Positions 1-13,370 are shown, counted from the stretch's first letter. The stretch is DNA of 64,000 bases from Hemiscyllium ocellatum (GCF_020745735.1 NW_026869259.1:124001-188000), one strand, 5' to 3'. A program made the numbers and translations. The notes: generated by a model not told the origin, from the sequence alone.

Positions 1-1229
1 TTCCATCTGATTGCAGCTTCTCCCTCTCAAACTACAGGGGGAATTCTATCATATTATGGTCATTTATCCACAGGGATACTTTCACCTTAAACTCACTCAT
101 CATGTTTGCCTCAATACACATCACTGAATCCAGACCTGCCTGTTCCATAATGGCTCAAGCACAAGCTGCTCCAAAATCCATCTCGTCGACATTCTATGAA
201 ACCTTTCCTTGAGATACACTACCCAGTCCACCTATCCATTGAAGTCTGCCCTGACATTTTCTGTCTCCTGACTGATTTCCTTCCCCACACCCTGATTACT
301 GCTTGGAGACCTGGACATAACTTGCATCAGATTCTTTATTTATTGCAGTTCCTCAGCTCTACCCACACAGATTCTACACCTTCTGACTCTACATCACTTC
401 TTGCTATTGATTTAATTTCATTTCTCACTAACAAGGCAACTCTTCCCCCTCTGCCCATCTGCCGGTCCTTTTGATGGGACATGTATCCTTGGATATTTAG
501 TTCCCAGCATGGATCGCCTTACAGCCATGTCTCTGTGATACCCACAACATTGTACCTGCCAGTTTCAATCTGCACTACAAGCTCATTGTGTATATTGTGT
601 GCATTAAAGTACAACACCCCCAGTCCTGCATTGACTGCCCTCCTTCTCATCATTGTCCCCTTATTTGCTGTGCTTTATGTTCGATTCCTGATCCTTTCTG
701 TACTCTCTGTCCTTTTACATCTTCTAGAAACTTGAATAACCTTTCCTGAGCCGTCCTCCACTTTAACTAGTTTAAATTCCTTAGAAACTCAATTTACCTC
801 AATGTGTGGCATCACTTTTACTCCCTTACTCGGAATGCTTTGTGCATTTAGATACAACCTCTTTAATATTGTACTATTATTGATTTTCCATGCACTTTGA
901 TGTTCAAAACTTCCATCCCTTTCTTTTATTTTTTGGTAACAATCAATCCCATCACTAACCAGCAATCCTACCTTCTCCTTTACCTTCCATTTTCTCATTT
1001 TCCATCCAACCGAACCAAATTACTTTCTCTTTGGGTTGAGTTCAGGACAATAGTTATCGTTGAGCCAACATCATTATTGCTGTTTGATGTCATTGCTTCT
1101 AGTGGGATCTTGCTGTGCAGAAACTGGCTGCCACGTTACTGACATTGCAACAGTGACTGCTTGTCAAACAAAACTGTCTGTAAATGTCTTTCAGAGAGCC
1201 AAAAATGTTAAGGGCTGGATTGAAATACA

Positions 1230-1890
1230 ATTAGAGTCAGAGGGATGGACAGCACAGAATCCGACCCTTTGGTCCAATTTGTCCATGCTGATCAGATATC
1301 TGAAATTAATCCAGTCCCATTTGCCAGCATGTGGCCCATATCCCTCTAAACTCTTCCTATTTACATACCCATGCCTTTTAAATGTTGTAATTGTCCCAGC
1401 CTTCACCACCTCCTCTGGCAGCTCATTCCATACATTTAACACCCTCTGAATGAAAACGTTGTCCCTTAGGTCCATTCTAAATCTTTCCCGTCACCTTCAG
1501 CCTATGCCCTCCAGTTCTGGACTCCCCAACTCTGGAGAAAAGATCTTCTCTATTCACCCTATCTATGCCGCTCATGATTTTATAAACCTCTATACGGTCA
1601 CCCATCAACCTGCAATGATCCAGGGAAAACAGCCTCAGCCTATTCAGCCTCTCCCTTTTGCACAAACCCTCCGACCTTGGCAACATCATTGTAAATCTTT
1701 TCTGAACCATTTTAAGTTCCAAAACATTTTTCCTGTAGCAGGGAGACCAGAATTGCACACAGTATTCCAAAAGTGCCCTAACCAATGTCCTGTACAGCCA
1801 CAACAGCTCCCAACTCCAATAATCAATGCACTGCCTAATAAAGGAAAGCAAAGCAAATGACTTTGTCACTACCCTACCTACCTGCAACTT
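1230..1890 (-). mobile_element. CR1/HER1 LINE 3' fragment
   Basis: ORF2 C-terminus (LYRTLVRALLEYCVQFWSP...RVLNVWNELPEEVV...GYVNRKSLEGYGP). Confidence 0.9.
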
Positions 1891-1899
1891 CATCTTCAA

Positions 1900-2162
1900 G
1901 GAACTATTCTTCATTTTTTCGATGAACTGAGAGTCTTTCAGTTGTGAAAGATGCCATTCCACGGCACTATTGGATGAAGAGCAGGCAGTTCCCCCTGGTG
2001 TCCCTGGTCAATATTTATCCCACAGTCAAAATCACTCAGGATGTATTTCTCTGCTAATTATCACATGGGGTTTGGGATCTCGCTGTGCACAGTCTGCTGG
2101 AAACATCCAGTGGGACATGCTGAGTTGGGGACAGGTGCTACACAAATGCAAGTCTTTCTTAA
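1900..2162 (+). mobile_element. DeuSINE/SacSINE-like fragment (related pieces at about 1070-1190, 11200-11330, 20170-20590, 28370-28520)
   Basis: ggcactatt..gaagagcagg...ggtcaatatttatcc...gggatctcgctgtgc...aaatgcaagtctttctt resembles the Deu-domain SINE body as I recall it. Confidence 0.55.
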
Positions 2163-2984
2163 GGGTTGGAGTCTCCTGATCCTCATCCATTGTCTGCGCA
2201 CTCTCACCTTCCGGGGTCATGAGGTCATTAGGAGCAGTGACCCTGACCCTAGGACACTGAGACTCTTTGCAGCCTCACCCATAATCTTAGCCCAATAGTG
2301 TGCAGCAAGTTTTGAAATATAATCTAGAACCTTCTACACAGACATCCCAACATGACTCTTTCCTGATGTGTGTGGATCCGAGTCTGCTCCAATGTTCTCG
2401 GACAAAGTTCTCCTGATCTGTGGGTGATCGGAGGTTTGTTAAAGAGATATCGAGCTCCATCCTACTTTCCAGCTCTTGCTCCATAGCTCTGGAGGTTTCG
2501 CTGTTTCAAGTGAATATCTAAGTGTTTTCTCAATGTGATGAGTGTTTCTGACTCTCCCACTCTTTCAGACAGTGAGTCCCACATCCCACCAACCTCTGGA
2601 TGAAAACAAATACCCTCAACCCCCCTCTAATCCTGCCCCCAACTGATTTCAATCTCTCCCCATGGTTATTGCCCTCTGTGCTGGTGGAAATCAGTCCTTC
2701 CTACACACCCTATCCAAGCCCCTCATCATTTTACACACCACCATCAAATCTTCCCTCAGCCACCTCTGTTCCAAAGAAAACAGTCCCAGCCAATCCAATC
2801 ATTCCTCAAAGCTCAAAGTCCCCATTCCAGATAAACTCTTCCTCTGTCCTGGTCTCTCGAGGGATCACATCCTTCCTGTATGTGGTGACCAGAACCGTAC
2901 ACAGTTCTCTCACTGTGCTCTAACTGGGGTTTTATACAGTTCCAGAATAAACAAACTCCTTGCTTTCACAGTCAACCAAAAATG

Positions 2985-3335
2985 AGATAAGGGAGGTGAT
3001 GGTCTAATGGTGTTATTGCTGAACTGTTAATCCAGAGATCCAGGTAATGTTCTGGGGACCAGGGTTAGAATCCAGCAGATGGTGGCATTCAAATTCAATC
3101 AAAACAAAATCTGCAATTAAGAGTCTAATGATGACCATGAAACCATCGTTGATTGTCAGGAAAAGCATCTGATTCCCTAATGTCCTTTAGGGAAGAAAAC
3201 TGCCATCCTTACCATGTGACCCCAGACCCACAGCAATGTGGGTGACTCTAAACTGCCCTTTGGGTGATTAGGGATGGGCAAAAAATGCTGCTGATCCAGC
3301 AATTCCCTCATTCCATCAAGGGAAAAAGAAAAACA
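2985..3335 (+). mobile_element. Second tRNA-derived SINE family (another copy at about 42940-43280)
   Basis: Two copies share ...ctaatgatgaccatga...gattgtcaggaaaa...tcctttagggaagg...gggcaattaggg tail. Confidence 0.65.
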
Positions 3336-4441
3336 GTTTCTCCCATGTGTCTTCTGAACCACCTCACTGACCTGCATTAATCACCATGGCCACATCTTCC
3401 ACCTCCACACACATCTGACCTCAAGCTTCAAACTGACAAGAGACATTCCTTCATTATCTGAGAAACAGATCGAAAAATCAAACACAGGAGCAGCAGTAGG
3501 CCATTCGGCCCTTCAGGCCTGCTCCACCATTCAGTATGTTCATGGCTGATCATCCAACACAGTCCCCTGTTATGCTTTCACCCCTTTAATCCTAAGAACT
3601 ATATCTAATTCCTTCTTTAATACACATTGCATCTAATTCCCTTTTGCTGGAAAAATGGATGACAATTATTGGGTTGTTGTCTGTTGACCAATATGGATGC
3701 AATTGGCTGATGAGCCTTTTCGGTCTCTATGAATCTTTGACCCTATTATTATATATTATGAATAACTGGGTACCAAGGACTGACCCCTGTGACACCCTAA
3801 GTTGTAATTACCTGCCATTCAGAAAAAGACTCCTTCTTTCTGTGCTGTCGGCCAACCAGTACCCAATCCATGTCAGGACATGGCCCCAATCCTCTTGTTC
3901 ATTTGGTCTAGATCTGGAAGTCCCACCTTTACTCATTGTGGGAACAGATTCTGAATGATCTCTGACTCATCCTTCGAGGGCTCCCACTGCCTTGACACTG
4001 ATTTCCCATCATGTCACTGCTTCCAGTCCACTTTTACCAAAGCACCACACAGTTTAGTTAAATGAAAACTTTTACACTTACTGCACTTCCATCCATAGTC
4101 TCAATCTCACTGAGTTTTGAGCACTGTCGCTGAAATGCTCCCCCAGTGATAACCCTTCCAGTTGCTCACAGTCATTCCATAAACAATGGTCTAAAACTGT
4201 CCCTTCTCTCTCTGCTGCTTCACCATCACCTTCTCAGGGGCAATTAGGGATGGGCAATAAATGCTGGCCCTGCCAGTGACCCTCACATTCCCAAGAGGCA
4301 ATTTGAACAATGCCTGTTCATTTGTCAGGTTTATTCTGTATTGACCAAAAATGTTCAAAAAGATTGTATTGCCAGTGAATATTGTAAAGGTTGAATTCCC
4401 TTCGAATGACAGGGATTAAAATTGCTCCTCTTATCTTTCAG

Positions 4442-4770
4442 GCCATGACAACTCTCAGCCCAAGCTGACCCTGCTGCCTCCCTCCCCAGAGCAGATCAAT
4501 GCCAAGGGCACTGCCACCCTGGTGTGCCTTGCCAATCACTTCTATCCCGATGAGCTGGAGGTGCAGTGGAAGAAGGACGGTGCAGTCATTTCGGACGGGG
4601 TTCAGACCAGCAACTACCTGCGAGCTTCGGACAGCACCTACAGTGTCAGCAGTCTGCTGACCCTCTCTGGGTCTGACTGGGAGTCCAACGCTCGCTTCTC
4701 CTGTGCCCTCACCCACGTGACCCTCCCCTCTCCCCTCAGCAAGAGCATCAGGAGATCAGAATGTGTGTAG
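4442..4770 (+). CDS. IGKC: Ig kappa-type (NS4-like) light-chain constant exon C1, intact
   Basis: Acceptor ctttcAG at 4440-4441, then 2 nt (gc) completing a phase-1 codon. Reads HDNSQPKLTLLPPSPEQINAKGTATLVCLANHFYPDELEVQWKKDG...YSVSSLLTLSGSDWESNARFSCALTHVTLPSPLSKSIRRSECV* (TAG 4768-4770). Has both C1-set Cys, the conserved Trp and the penultimate interchain Cys. Symbol is family-level. Confidence 0.95.
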
Positions 4771-5092
4771 AGTGTTGGAGACAGTCCACAGAGGAGATAC
4801 AACTTTAAATAGGACAGGGCTGAGCTGGGAGGACAAAGGTCATTATCAGTACTGAATTTCAACTCTCTTCCTTCTCAGGATTGCTCAGAGAAACTTTAGA
4901 GGTTTGGATGTTAAAGCAGGTCATTGCGACAGTGTCGAGAGAGCTTTACGCGATGTCAAACGTCATGCTGTACCTTGTCCTGGGAGTGTTTGATGGGGAC
5001 ATAGTTGACTTGTGATGCCAAGTAAAATCTCTTGAAGTTGCTGAAGACTGTCAGCTGTACAAAACAATGTGGACCTCAGACTTCTCTGCTTC

Positions 5093-5302
5093 AATAAACC
5101 AGATCTCCTTCCTGCTCAGCCGCCAGTTCCAATTTAAGGTTTTGTCACTGTTTAAAGGGACAGGATTATCGTGTTATTGAGAAAATCTCCACAAGTGTTT
5201 TCCTCAAGCTCCAATGTGGCTGTGAATTTGAGCAGCTTCCTCTGTCTGGGATGTTAATTGCAGTCTGTTTTCTGTCAATGTAAATCTGGAAAAGGGAATA
5301 AA
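5093..5302 (+). terminator. Poly(A) signals of C1 (AATAAA at 5093-5098 and 5297-5302)
   Basis: Two canonical hexamers; the distal one is followed by a GT/T-rich tract (cagtctctgtctctgtgtgctttgg). Confidence 0.75.
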
Positions 5303-5364
5303 GATGAAGATTCAGTCTCTGTCTCTGTGTGCTTTGGAAATAGATGTCTTCCCCCCACCTCAGT

Positions 5365-5581
5365 TGATTGGCTGCATTTCAGCAGGTCATTGTCAAGATT
5401 GGCTGGTTAGCCTGTCAATCAATTACAATCATCAATCATTAATCATTTTCAAATGATACCTTTGGTCAGGAATTTATGCAGGTTGCAAGATTCCAAAAAG
5501 AACAGAAACTGAAAGCTGTTAGGACTCAATAAGTACAATCTGATGCATTCCCTCTTCACTCTGTTGGTCCAGGCCCAGCTG
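5365..5581. promoter_or_regulatory. Candidate regulatory module 3' of C1 (CCAAT x2, PBX/PREP decamer, IRF site, E-box)
   Basis: ATTGG at 5367 and 5398 (31 bp apart), CTGTCAATCA 5412-5421, GAAACTGAAA 5505-5514, CAGCTG 5576-5581. The same motifs recur after C2 and C3. Confidence 0.5.
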
Positions 5582-5669
5582 ATGGGATCGTACTGTGCAA
5601 TCTCTGCTACATGTTGGTAAGCTGCTGAAACTATCTTCTGCCATTGACCAACATTGTCGGCCTTATGTG

Positions 5670-5925
5670 TCTCTCTGAGCGTGAGTGTTTAATTTAATGT
5701 TGCCTGTAGGTCTCTGAGTGTGGGTGTGTTACTCTGTGAGACACCCACAGACAGCACTGAGTAACAACACCCACATTCGGAGACTCCTGCAGGCAGCATG
5801 GAGTGTGAGCAGGTTACTCAGTGCTGCTCTCTCTCAATGTGAGTGTGTTACTCAGTGCTGCTCTCTCTCAGTGTGAGTGTGTTATTCTGTGCTGCCTGTA
5901 GGTGTCTCTCTGAGGTATGTGTCTC
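5670..5925. repeat. Degenerate gtgtgttactc/tgctgcctgtaggtgtctctctgag satellite-like tract
   Basis: Paralogous tracts at about 46280-46480 and 46690-46980. Confidence 0.7.
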
Positions 5926-6954
5926 CGAGCGATGGATTGAGAATGGGTTTTGTGCTGGGGATTGAAGATTAGGCTTTAATCTTCTCAAATCATGAATGGA
6001 AAACAGTTCTGCTGATTCAGTCTGAGATGGCAGCTCATTCAGATGGCCAAAGTTTCAAATCACACATAGTCAAATGGGTTTATTTGGAAGTAAAAGCATT
6101 TGGAGCACTACTCCTTCATCAGGTAGCTGGAAGGATCGTTGGACACAGAATTTATGGTCAATTCAGATGGCAGCTGAGAAAGGTGAATACTGAGAGCGTA
6201 TTCTCAGTAAGTGAGGAATTTCAGAAGCAGTGGGCACTGTGCTCCCGAATGTGTTGCTCAATTCCGAGGAGATTTTCTGGATCTAGGGTCAGAGCAGTCG
6301 TGGCTGCCTGCCCAGCCAATGCTGGCTCCCCATAGTCATATTTCAGTGGTTAATTAACCCAAAACTAAATGCAGCAATATTACCTTCCAGGGAGGGGAGC
6401 TGTCTGAGGGAGGGAGGTTGAATTCATACAGCCCCAAGAGAGGTTGCAGTGGATTAATGACAGGTATGACCACCATGAAGGTGCCACTTTCTCTCCCCCT
6501 GCCCCAGCTGTGATGACCCTCAGGTTAAAAGTGTGACTGCTCTGGGATGATGACCACATTCCTGGGTGATGGAGGGAAGGTCAACTGCTCCCAAAGGCAG
6601 CACAAGCTGGATCGAAGGTGAAACAAGAGTAAGCATGGGGAGATTGAGGGTGACAGAAGGAGGGGGTTGGTTGGCAGGTTGTTATTCAGAGTCAGGTCCC
6701 AGAGTATCAGTCCTTCTGACATGCCCCTTTGTATCTGTCAGCCAGGGCTCCCTGATTGGAAAAGGTAACTGTCCCTGTCAGAGAACTCATATTTTATCAA
6801 AAGGAATAAAACATTGGTTGAACAAGGTGCTCAAGAGCTAAATGACACGAGACAAAATAATGGTTTGAAAGGTTTCATTATGAACATTGCAAATGAGATT
6901 TGGTGAGGACCTTTTTCACTCAACGGGTGGTGGGAATCTGGAATGGACTGTCAA

Positions 6955-7230
6955 AGAATCCCTACTGTGAGGAAACAGGTTATTTGGCCCAACAAGTCCA
7001 CACTGATCCTTGGAAGATTAACCAACCCAGGACCCAATCGCCTATCCTATTATCCTACTTTTCCCCTCCCTGATCACTATGGGCAATTCAGCATGACCAA
7101 TTCACCTAACCTGTATGTCTTTAGATTGTCAGAGGAAACCAGAGTACCCAGAGGAAACCTACGCAGACATGGGAAGAATGTGCTAACTGCAGACAGACAG
7201 TTGCCTGAGGCTGGAATCAAACCCGGGTCA
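6955..7230 (-). mobile_element. HE1-type SINE (partial)
   Basis: Reverse-complement match to the 9980-10280 copy. Confidence 0.7.
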
Positions 7231-7249
7231 AAACACTCAGAAAAGCCTT

Positions 7250-10200
7250 GACTTCACTCCAGCCTCTGCCTCCACTTCTGCCCATCCCACTCTGCAACCA
7301 AGATTGCAACTACATTTCCCAGGGTTACCCCTGAGTCCTACTGCCTACCTGCAGCCAGCCAGCACATTCGCTCTTCCTCCTCACCCATACACCCCCACAG
7401 TGCACCCTCTCCCTCCACTTCTCCCTCTTCACTTCATCCCCACCTTCCCACTCCCCCACCTCACTCCACTAGAAACCTCCGACCCAATCTCCTTTCTCTC
7501 CCACACCCATTCCCCCATGCTACATCACAACCACCCCTCGCCCACCACATGCCATCACTCTTTCTCCCCAAAAACTCCACCCCTTGCCTTGTTACATATT
7601 TACTATGCATCCCGATCTCAAACATTCTGAGGCCAAAAGGTCCATCCTCATGGAAGGGCTCACATTCATTCCCCTGTGCCTCCACCTCAACAAATCCCAC
7701 ACCCTCCAGGATGTGGAGCTCTTCTGCCACCTCTACCTCCGTGTCTTCTTCTTTAACACAATCTCACAACCTCCCTCTGAGGACCCCTACTCCTGTCTCC
7801 AACATTCCTCCTCTGCTTGGTAAACCCCCCTCCCCCCCACCAGCTGTGTCCCCACCTTAGACCTCTTCATTGCTGACTGTTGATGTGTCATCAGCCGCCT
7901 TAATTTCTCCAACCCCCTCACACTCTCCAAGTACACTCCCTCCGAACATGCTGTGCTCCACTCTCTCCCACCAATCCCTGGTTCACCATCAAACCCGCTG
8001 ACAAAGGCAGAGGGGTGGTAATCTGGAGAACGGTTGTAGCCATGTCACAGAGGCTGTACGCCAACTCTCAGACACCATGTCCTAACTCCCCCTTGCCCAT
8101 GACCCCACTGTGACCCATCAGACCAAAATCACTCACACTGTCTGTGCCCCCATTGCCTCCAGTGATCTCCCCTCCACTGTCTCCAATCTCATAGTCCCCC
8201 AGTCCCACAATGCCCAGTTTTATCTGCTCCCCAAGATCCACAAGCTCAACTACCTGGCTAACCCCTCATTTCAGCATGCTCCTGACCCACTGAAACTCCT
8301 CTCATCCTACCTCGACTCCATCTTCTCCTCCTTAGTTCAGGCACTTCCCACCTACATATGCTAAACCGACCATGCCCTCCATCTCTTCAGTTGCCCGGCC
8401 CTGAGTGCGTTATCTCCACGATGGACGTGCAGTCATTATATATGTCCATATCCGATAAGGATGGCCTCCAGGCCCTCCACTTCTACCTTTCCAACAGACC
8501 CATACAGTCTCTCTCCTCCAATACCCTCCTCTGTCTCGCCAAACTGGTCCTCACCCTCAATAACTTTTACTTTAACTCCTCCCATTTCCTCCAAATCCAG
8601 GGGGTGGCCATGGGCACCCAAATGGGTACCAGCTACTTCTGCCTCTTTATCGACTATGTTGTACAGTCCCTCTTCAGTATCTAAACAGGCTCTGTTCCCC
8701 AACTCTTCCGCCATTAAATCAATGACTGCATCGGTGCAGCATCCTGCACCCAGGCTGAACTGGAACAGTTCATTGACTTCACCCACAATTTCCACACCAT
8801 CTTCAAATTCCCTTGGTCCATCTCAGACACCTCCCTCCCCTTTCTTGACCACTACATTTCCAATTCTGGTGACAATCTTCAGACAGACATTTACTACAAA
8901 GCCACAGATTTCCATATCTAACTGGACCACACCTCCTCCCATTCAGTATCCTGCAAGAACTCCATCCCATTCTTCCAATTCCTCTGCCTCCTCCCCATCT
9001 GCTCAGATGAGGAGACCTTCCACTGATCATAGATGTCCACCTATTATGAACAATGTGCTTTTCCTCCTTCTGTCATCCAATGCAGCCCCTCCCTTTCCCA
9101 CTCCACTGCTCTAAATCCAGCCTCCTCCAAACACAATTAAAACAGAGTCCCCGTTGTCCTCACCTATCTTCGTATCCAAAACATCATCCTTAAACACTTC
9201 TGCTAACTCCAACTAAACCACACCACCAAATACATCTTCCTCTCCCCACCACTGAACGCCTTCCATAAGGACCATTCTCTTTGACAATTCTTGGTTTGCG
9301 TCACTCTCCCACCTACCCTCCCGAACCCCACGTACCTTCCCTGCTACTCAAAACGATGCAAAGCCTGCTGGTACACCAACCCCAGCACCTCCATCCAGGG
9401 CCCCAAACAATCCTGCCAGGTGAGACAGAGGTTCACCTGCCTCTCCTCCAACCTAATTCACTGCATCAGCTGCTCCCGATGTGGTCTTCTCTACATCGGG
9501 AAGACCAAACATAAACTTAGGGAATGGTTCACCGAGCATCTTAGCTGGGCCTGGAGCGGCTAACTTGACCTCCCAGTCACTCTCTATTTTAATTCCCCTT
9601 CCCACTCCCTTTCTGAAATGACCATCCTTGGCCTCCTCCATTGGCACAACAAACCAAACTGCAAACTGAAGGAACAACACCCCATATTACGCCTGGGCGG
9701 CCTACAGCCCAGAGGACTCAACATTGAGTTCTTCAATTTCATATAACCACCCTTCCCACTCCCCTGTCTCCCTTCCAAATCTCTCTCTCTCCCTTCCACT
9801 CCTTCCTGCCAGCTACCGCATTCATTCCTCCCATTGACCAACCAGGTCATAACCTCTACCTGTCATCACCAATCCCCACTTCATCATCCCGTCCCTGCCA
9901 CCCCCTTTATCTTAGCTCTCCCTACACCCACCCCCTCACCCCCATTCCTGAAAAAGAGTTACACACCGAAATGTCAACTAGGGTGGCACGGTGGCTCAGT
10001 GGTTAGCACTGCTGCCTCACAGCACCAGGCACCTGGGTTCAATTCCGAGGAGTTTGCACATTCTCCCTGTATCTGCATGGGTTTCCTCCGGGTGCTCCAG
10101 TTTCCTCCCATAATCCAAAAATGTGCAGGTCAGGTGAATTGGCTGTGCTAAACTGCCCACAGTGTTAGATGTGTTAGTCAGGGGTAAATATGTGGTAGAG

Positions 10201-10650
10201 GAATGGGTTTGGGTGGGTTGCTCTTCGGAGAGGCGGTGGAGACTTGTTGGGCTGAAGGGCCTGTTTCCACACTGTAGAGAAGGGGGCAGCACGGTGGCTC
10301 AGTGGTTAGCACTGCTGCCTCACAGCACCAGGGGCCCAGGTTTGATTCCAGCCTTAGACGACTGGCTGTGTGGATTTTGCGCTTTCTCCCTGTGTCTGCA
10401 TGGGTTTTCTCCGGGTGCTCTGGTTTCCTCCCACAGTCCAAAGATGTGCAGATCAGGTGAATTGGCCATGATAAATTGCCCATCGTGTTAGGTGCATTAG
10501 CCAGAGGGGAAATTGGTCTGTGTGGGTTACTGTTTGGGGTCAGTGTGGACTGGTTGGGCTGAAGGGCCTGTTTCCATACTGTCGGGAATCTAATCTAATC
10601 TACTCCGCTGCCTGGCTTGCTGTGTTCCTCCAGACTCCTCCCTGTCTACA
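7250..10650 (+). mobile_element. Degenerate Penelope-like retroelement (Neptune-like), interrupted by two SINEs
   Basis: RT remnants (LVLTLNNFYFN...QGVAMGTQMG) and a GIY-YIG remnant with Cys motifs (CKAC...CSRCGLLYIGKTK). Terminal-repeat motif ctgaaaaag...ccgaaatgtc near 9948-9975, with the tail resuming at about 10600. Confidence 0.8.
9980..10601 (+). mobile_element. Two tandem HE1-type tRNA-derived SINEs
   Basis: Heads ggcacggtggctcagtggttagcactgctgcctcacagc at about 9984 and 10287; CR1-like tail with (tctaa)n. Confidence 0.85.
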
Positions 10651-11547
10651 TTGAATGTAAACAGCAGGAAAGGGCTGAACAATCAAGTATCAGGGCCATA
10701 AACAAATGGGACATGAAACAGATAGATGCATTGAGGTGGTCATTCACAAAGAGAAAACCAAACTGGAAATGAAACATTCAGACACAGTGGACCGAATTTA
10801 ATATCAGAAAATGTGAGACCATGCACTTTGGTCAGAATAATCTAAAGGCTGACAATTATTTAAATTGTGAGAGATTCCAACAAAGTGCAGTACAGAGTGA
10901 TCTGGGTGTTCTTGTGCATGGGACACTGAAAGTTAGTGCAGGTACAGCAAGGAATTGAGAAGGCAAATGGAATTTTCACCTTTATTGCTGGGGGTTGGAA
11001 TTTAAAAGTAGAGAAGTCTTGTTAAAACTGTACAGTGTGTTAGTGAGCCTGCATTTGGATTATTGTGTGCAATTATGGTCCCTGTATTTAAGAAAAGATG
11101 GACAGCCATTGGAGTCTCCCTCCTGCTCCTATTTCTCATGTCCTTGTGTGCTCCAGTGTCCTTCCCTCACAGCAGTGCTGGTTGGAGCCTGCCTGCAGTA
11201 ACAGCCTCCAGTCTCTGGGTGGTGCTGCCAAATGATCTGCCTTGCCCAGGCTGTAACAGTTCCCACGTTACAACAATATCAGAAGTATTCCATTGGCTGC
11301 AAAACATTTTCAAACATCTTATGTTCAAGGACAGTATAACAGAAACATAATTCTCTCTCTTTTTATATTTTCTCTCCATGCCTTCCCATCTATTACCTAA
11401 CAACATTCTACACTGTGTCAAATCCAGAATTAATCATGAATCTCTGGGAGAGCTTAATCTATGACAACACTGGGATTAATGACCACCTCCTCAGTGGGCT
11501 TTGTGGGTGAAGGTCAATAGCAGTCTCATTGTGAGTCAATCAGTGTT

Positions 11548-11836
11548 TTAGATTAGATTAGATTACTTACAGTGTGGAAACAGGCCGTTCGGCCCAACAA
11601 GTCCACACCGACCCGCCAAAGCGCAACCCACCCATACCCCTACATTTACCCCTTTTACCTAACACTATGGGCAATTTAGCATGGTCTGTGGGAGGAAACC
11701 AGAGCACCCAGAGGAAACCGATGCAGACACGGGGAGAATGTGCAAACTCCACACAGTCAGTCGCCTGAGTCGGGAATTGAACCCAGGTCTCTGGCGCTGT
11801 GAGGCAGCAGTGCTAACCACTGTGCCACCATGCCAC
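11548..11836 (-). mobile_element. HE1-type SINE
   Basis: Full head and (ctaat)n tail. Confidence 0.85.
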
Positions 11837-13370
11837 CCACTATTGTTATTGTTCTGGGTAGAGACAGTACAGACCAACCTCAGACCCTGTAATCTGATTG
11901 AGATGAAGGGTTAGCTCTACAGGGCTTCCACACCTGGCTCACACACATAGTGAAGCAGGGATTCCCCATATTGCGAAAGTAAATGGAACTAACAAACTGG
12001 GTGGGCGTGACACCCCCACCCTGTCCCCAAGAGAGTGGGGGCAGGAACAGTAATGTTCTCAGAGAGAAAGGATGGTAAAAATGGGACAACACAGAGAGAG
12101 GACAGAAAGCATGACACTCCCCAGAGACAGGCAAACAGTATCTGTCTGCTCCCCACTTTCTTGTTGTGACATATGTCGTTGGGAAATTGGTTTGGTTTAT
12201 ATTTTCTCAATTGTATTTAGGTTTGATGAGGTGATTTGGTAACAATGATTCCAATTCCATATTTTGTGTGGCAGCAGATCTACTGAAGGTCATCCTTTCA
12301 TTTGGAGATTGCCCAGGTTTCTGTCCAGGCTGATGCAGTATGGTCTACCAGTGCTGCTCCTATTGGGCTAATCCTTCACACACGAGGGAATCTGACAGAC
12401 ACCTTCTCTTTGTGCTGGCAAAGGAAGACATTTGTTTATACTGTAATTGCGGCCAAAGAAATTAGTTAGTGGATGTAATTCCAGCTGAATATAATGTTCT
12501 GATGTTCATGATGGGATTAATCATGACAGTTCCCACTTGCCTTTACACTGATGGTGGAACAGGAAGTCACCATTCTGTGATCTCCTGGCTCACACTGAGA
12601 AACCAAGTTGATGGTATAACTGCAGAGAGCAAGACAATGGCTTGGACTCACCGAACAACCAGAGGCTTCAGCCAACAACTGGGTCACAGACAAATGGAGT
12701 GTTGTGTAAATGCTCAGTATCTCAGGGAACAAACACAACAACTGAGCTACAAAACTGAACAAGACTTTTTATGAAAATTGGCATTCCAAAAATAAATTCC
12801 AAACACAATATGTGTAAAAGTTGAGTGCAATCTCATTACAAAAACTACATCATTTTCATTGAAAGCTGGACGATAATGAGATGACAATTCAAACAACCAC
12901 CCACTCCATCACACGGTGTTCTCATCATAACACATTTGCAAGTCTCTTAAAACATGGAAGGAGAGGGAAACATTGCAAACTATATTACCATGAGTGAGGA
13001 TCCATTAAAAACTAGGATCATGATGTTAAATGCTCCTAGCCCTAAACAACACTGATGCATTCACATCATTAGTTTGTTAAATGATGTTAAAAAGTCTGCC
13101 AACCACTTTCATGAAGAAGGAATATTTAAATCTCAAGAGGCATTGATGACTTTTTTTCTGGACTATACTAAGGAAGCAGCAGCTGACATATGAACTTCAA
13201 CAAACTAATGATAACAGGCACTGAATACAGAGCAGGCCCCTGGGAGAGAGAGAAAAAATCAACAGCAGAAATCTGTCCAGAGCTGGGAGCATTTTAGACA
13301 AGACACCTTGTTGCCAGCAAGTTACTGCAGCTTGAAAACTCCAGTACGGTCAGAAAGAGAAAAAGGACAA

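Noticed and set aside
3072-3085. CTCF-like CCAGCAGATGGTGG
   Set aside because: Lies inside a SINE, has a core mismatch, and is absent from the other SINE copy.
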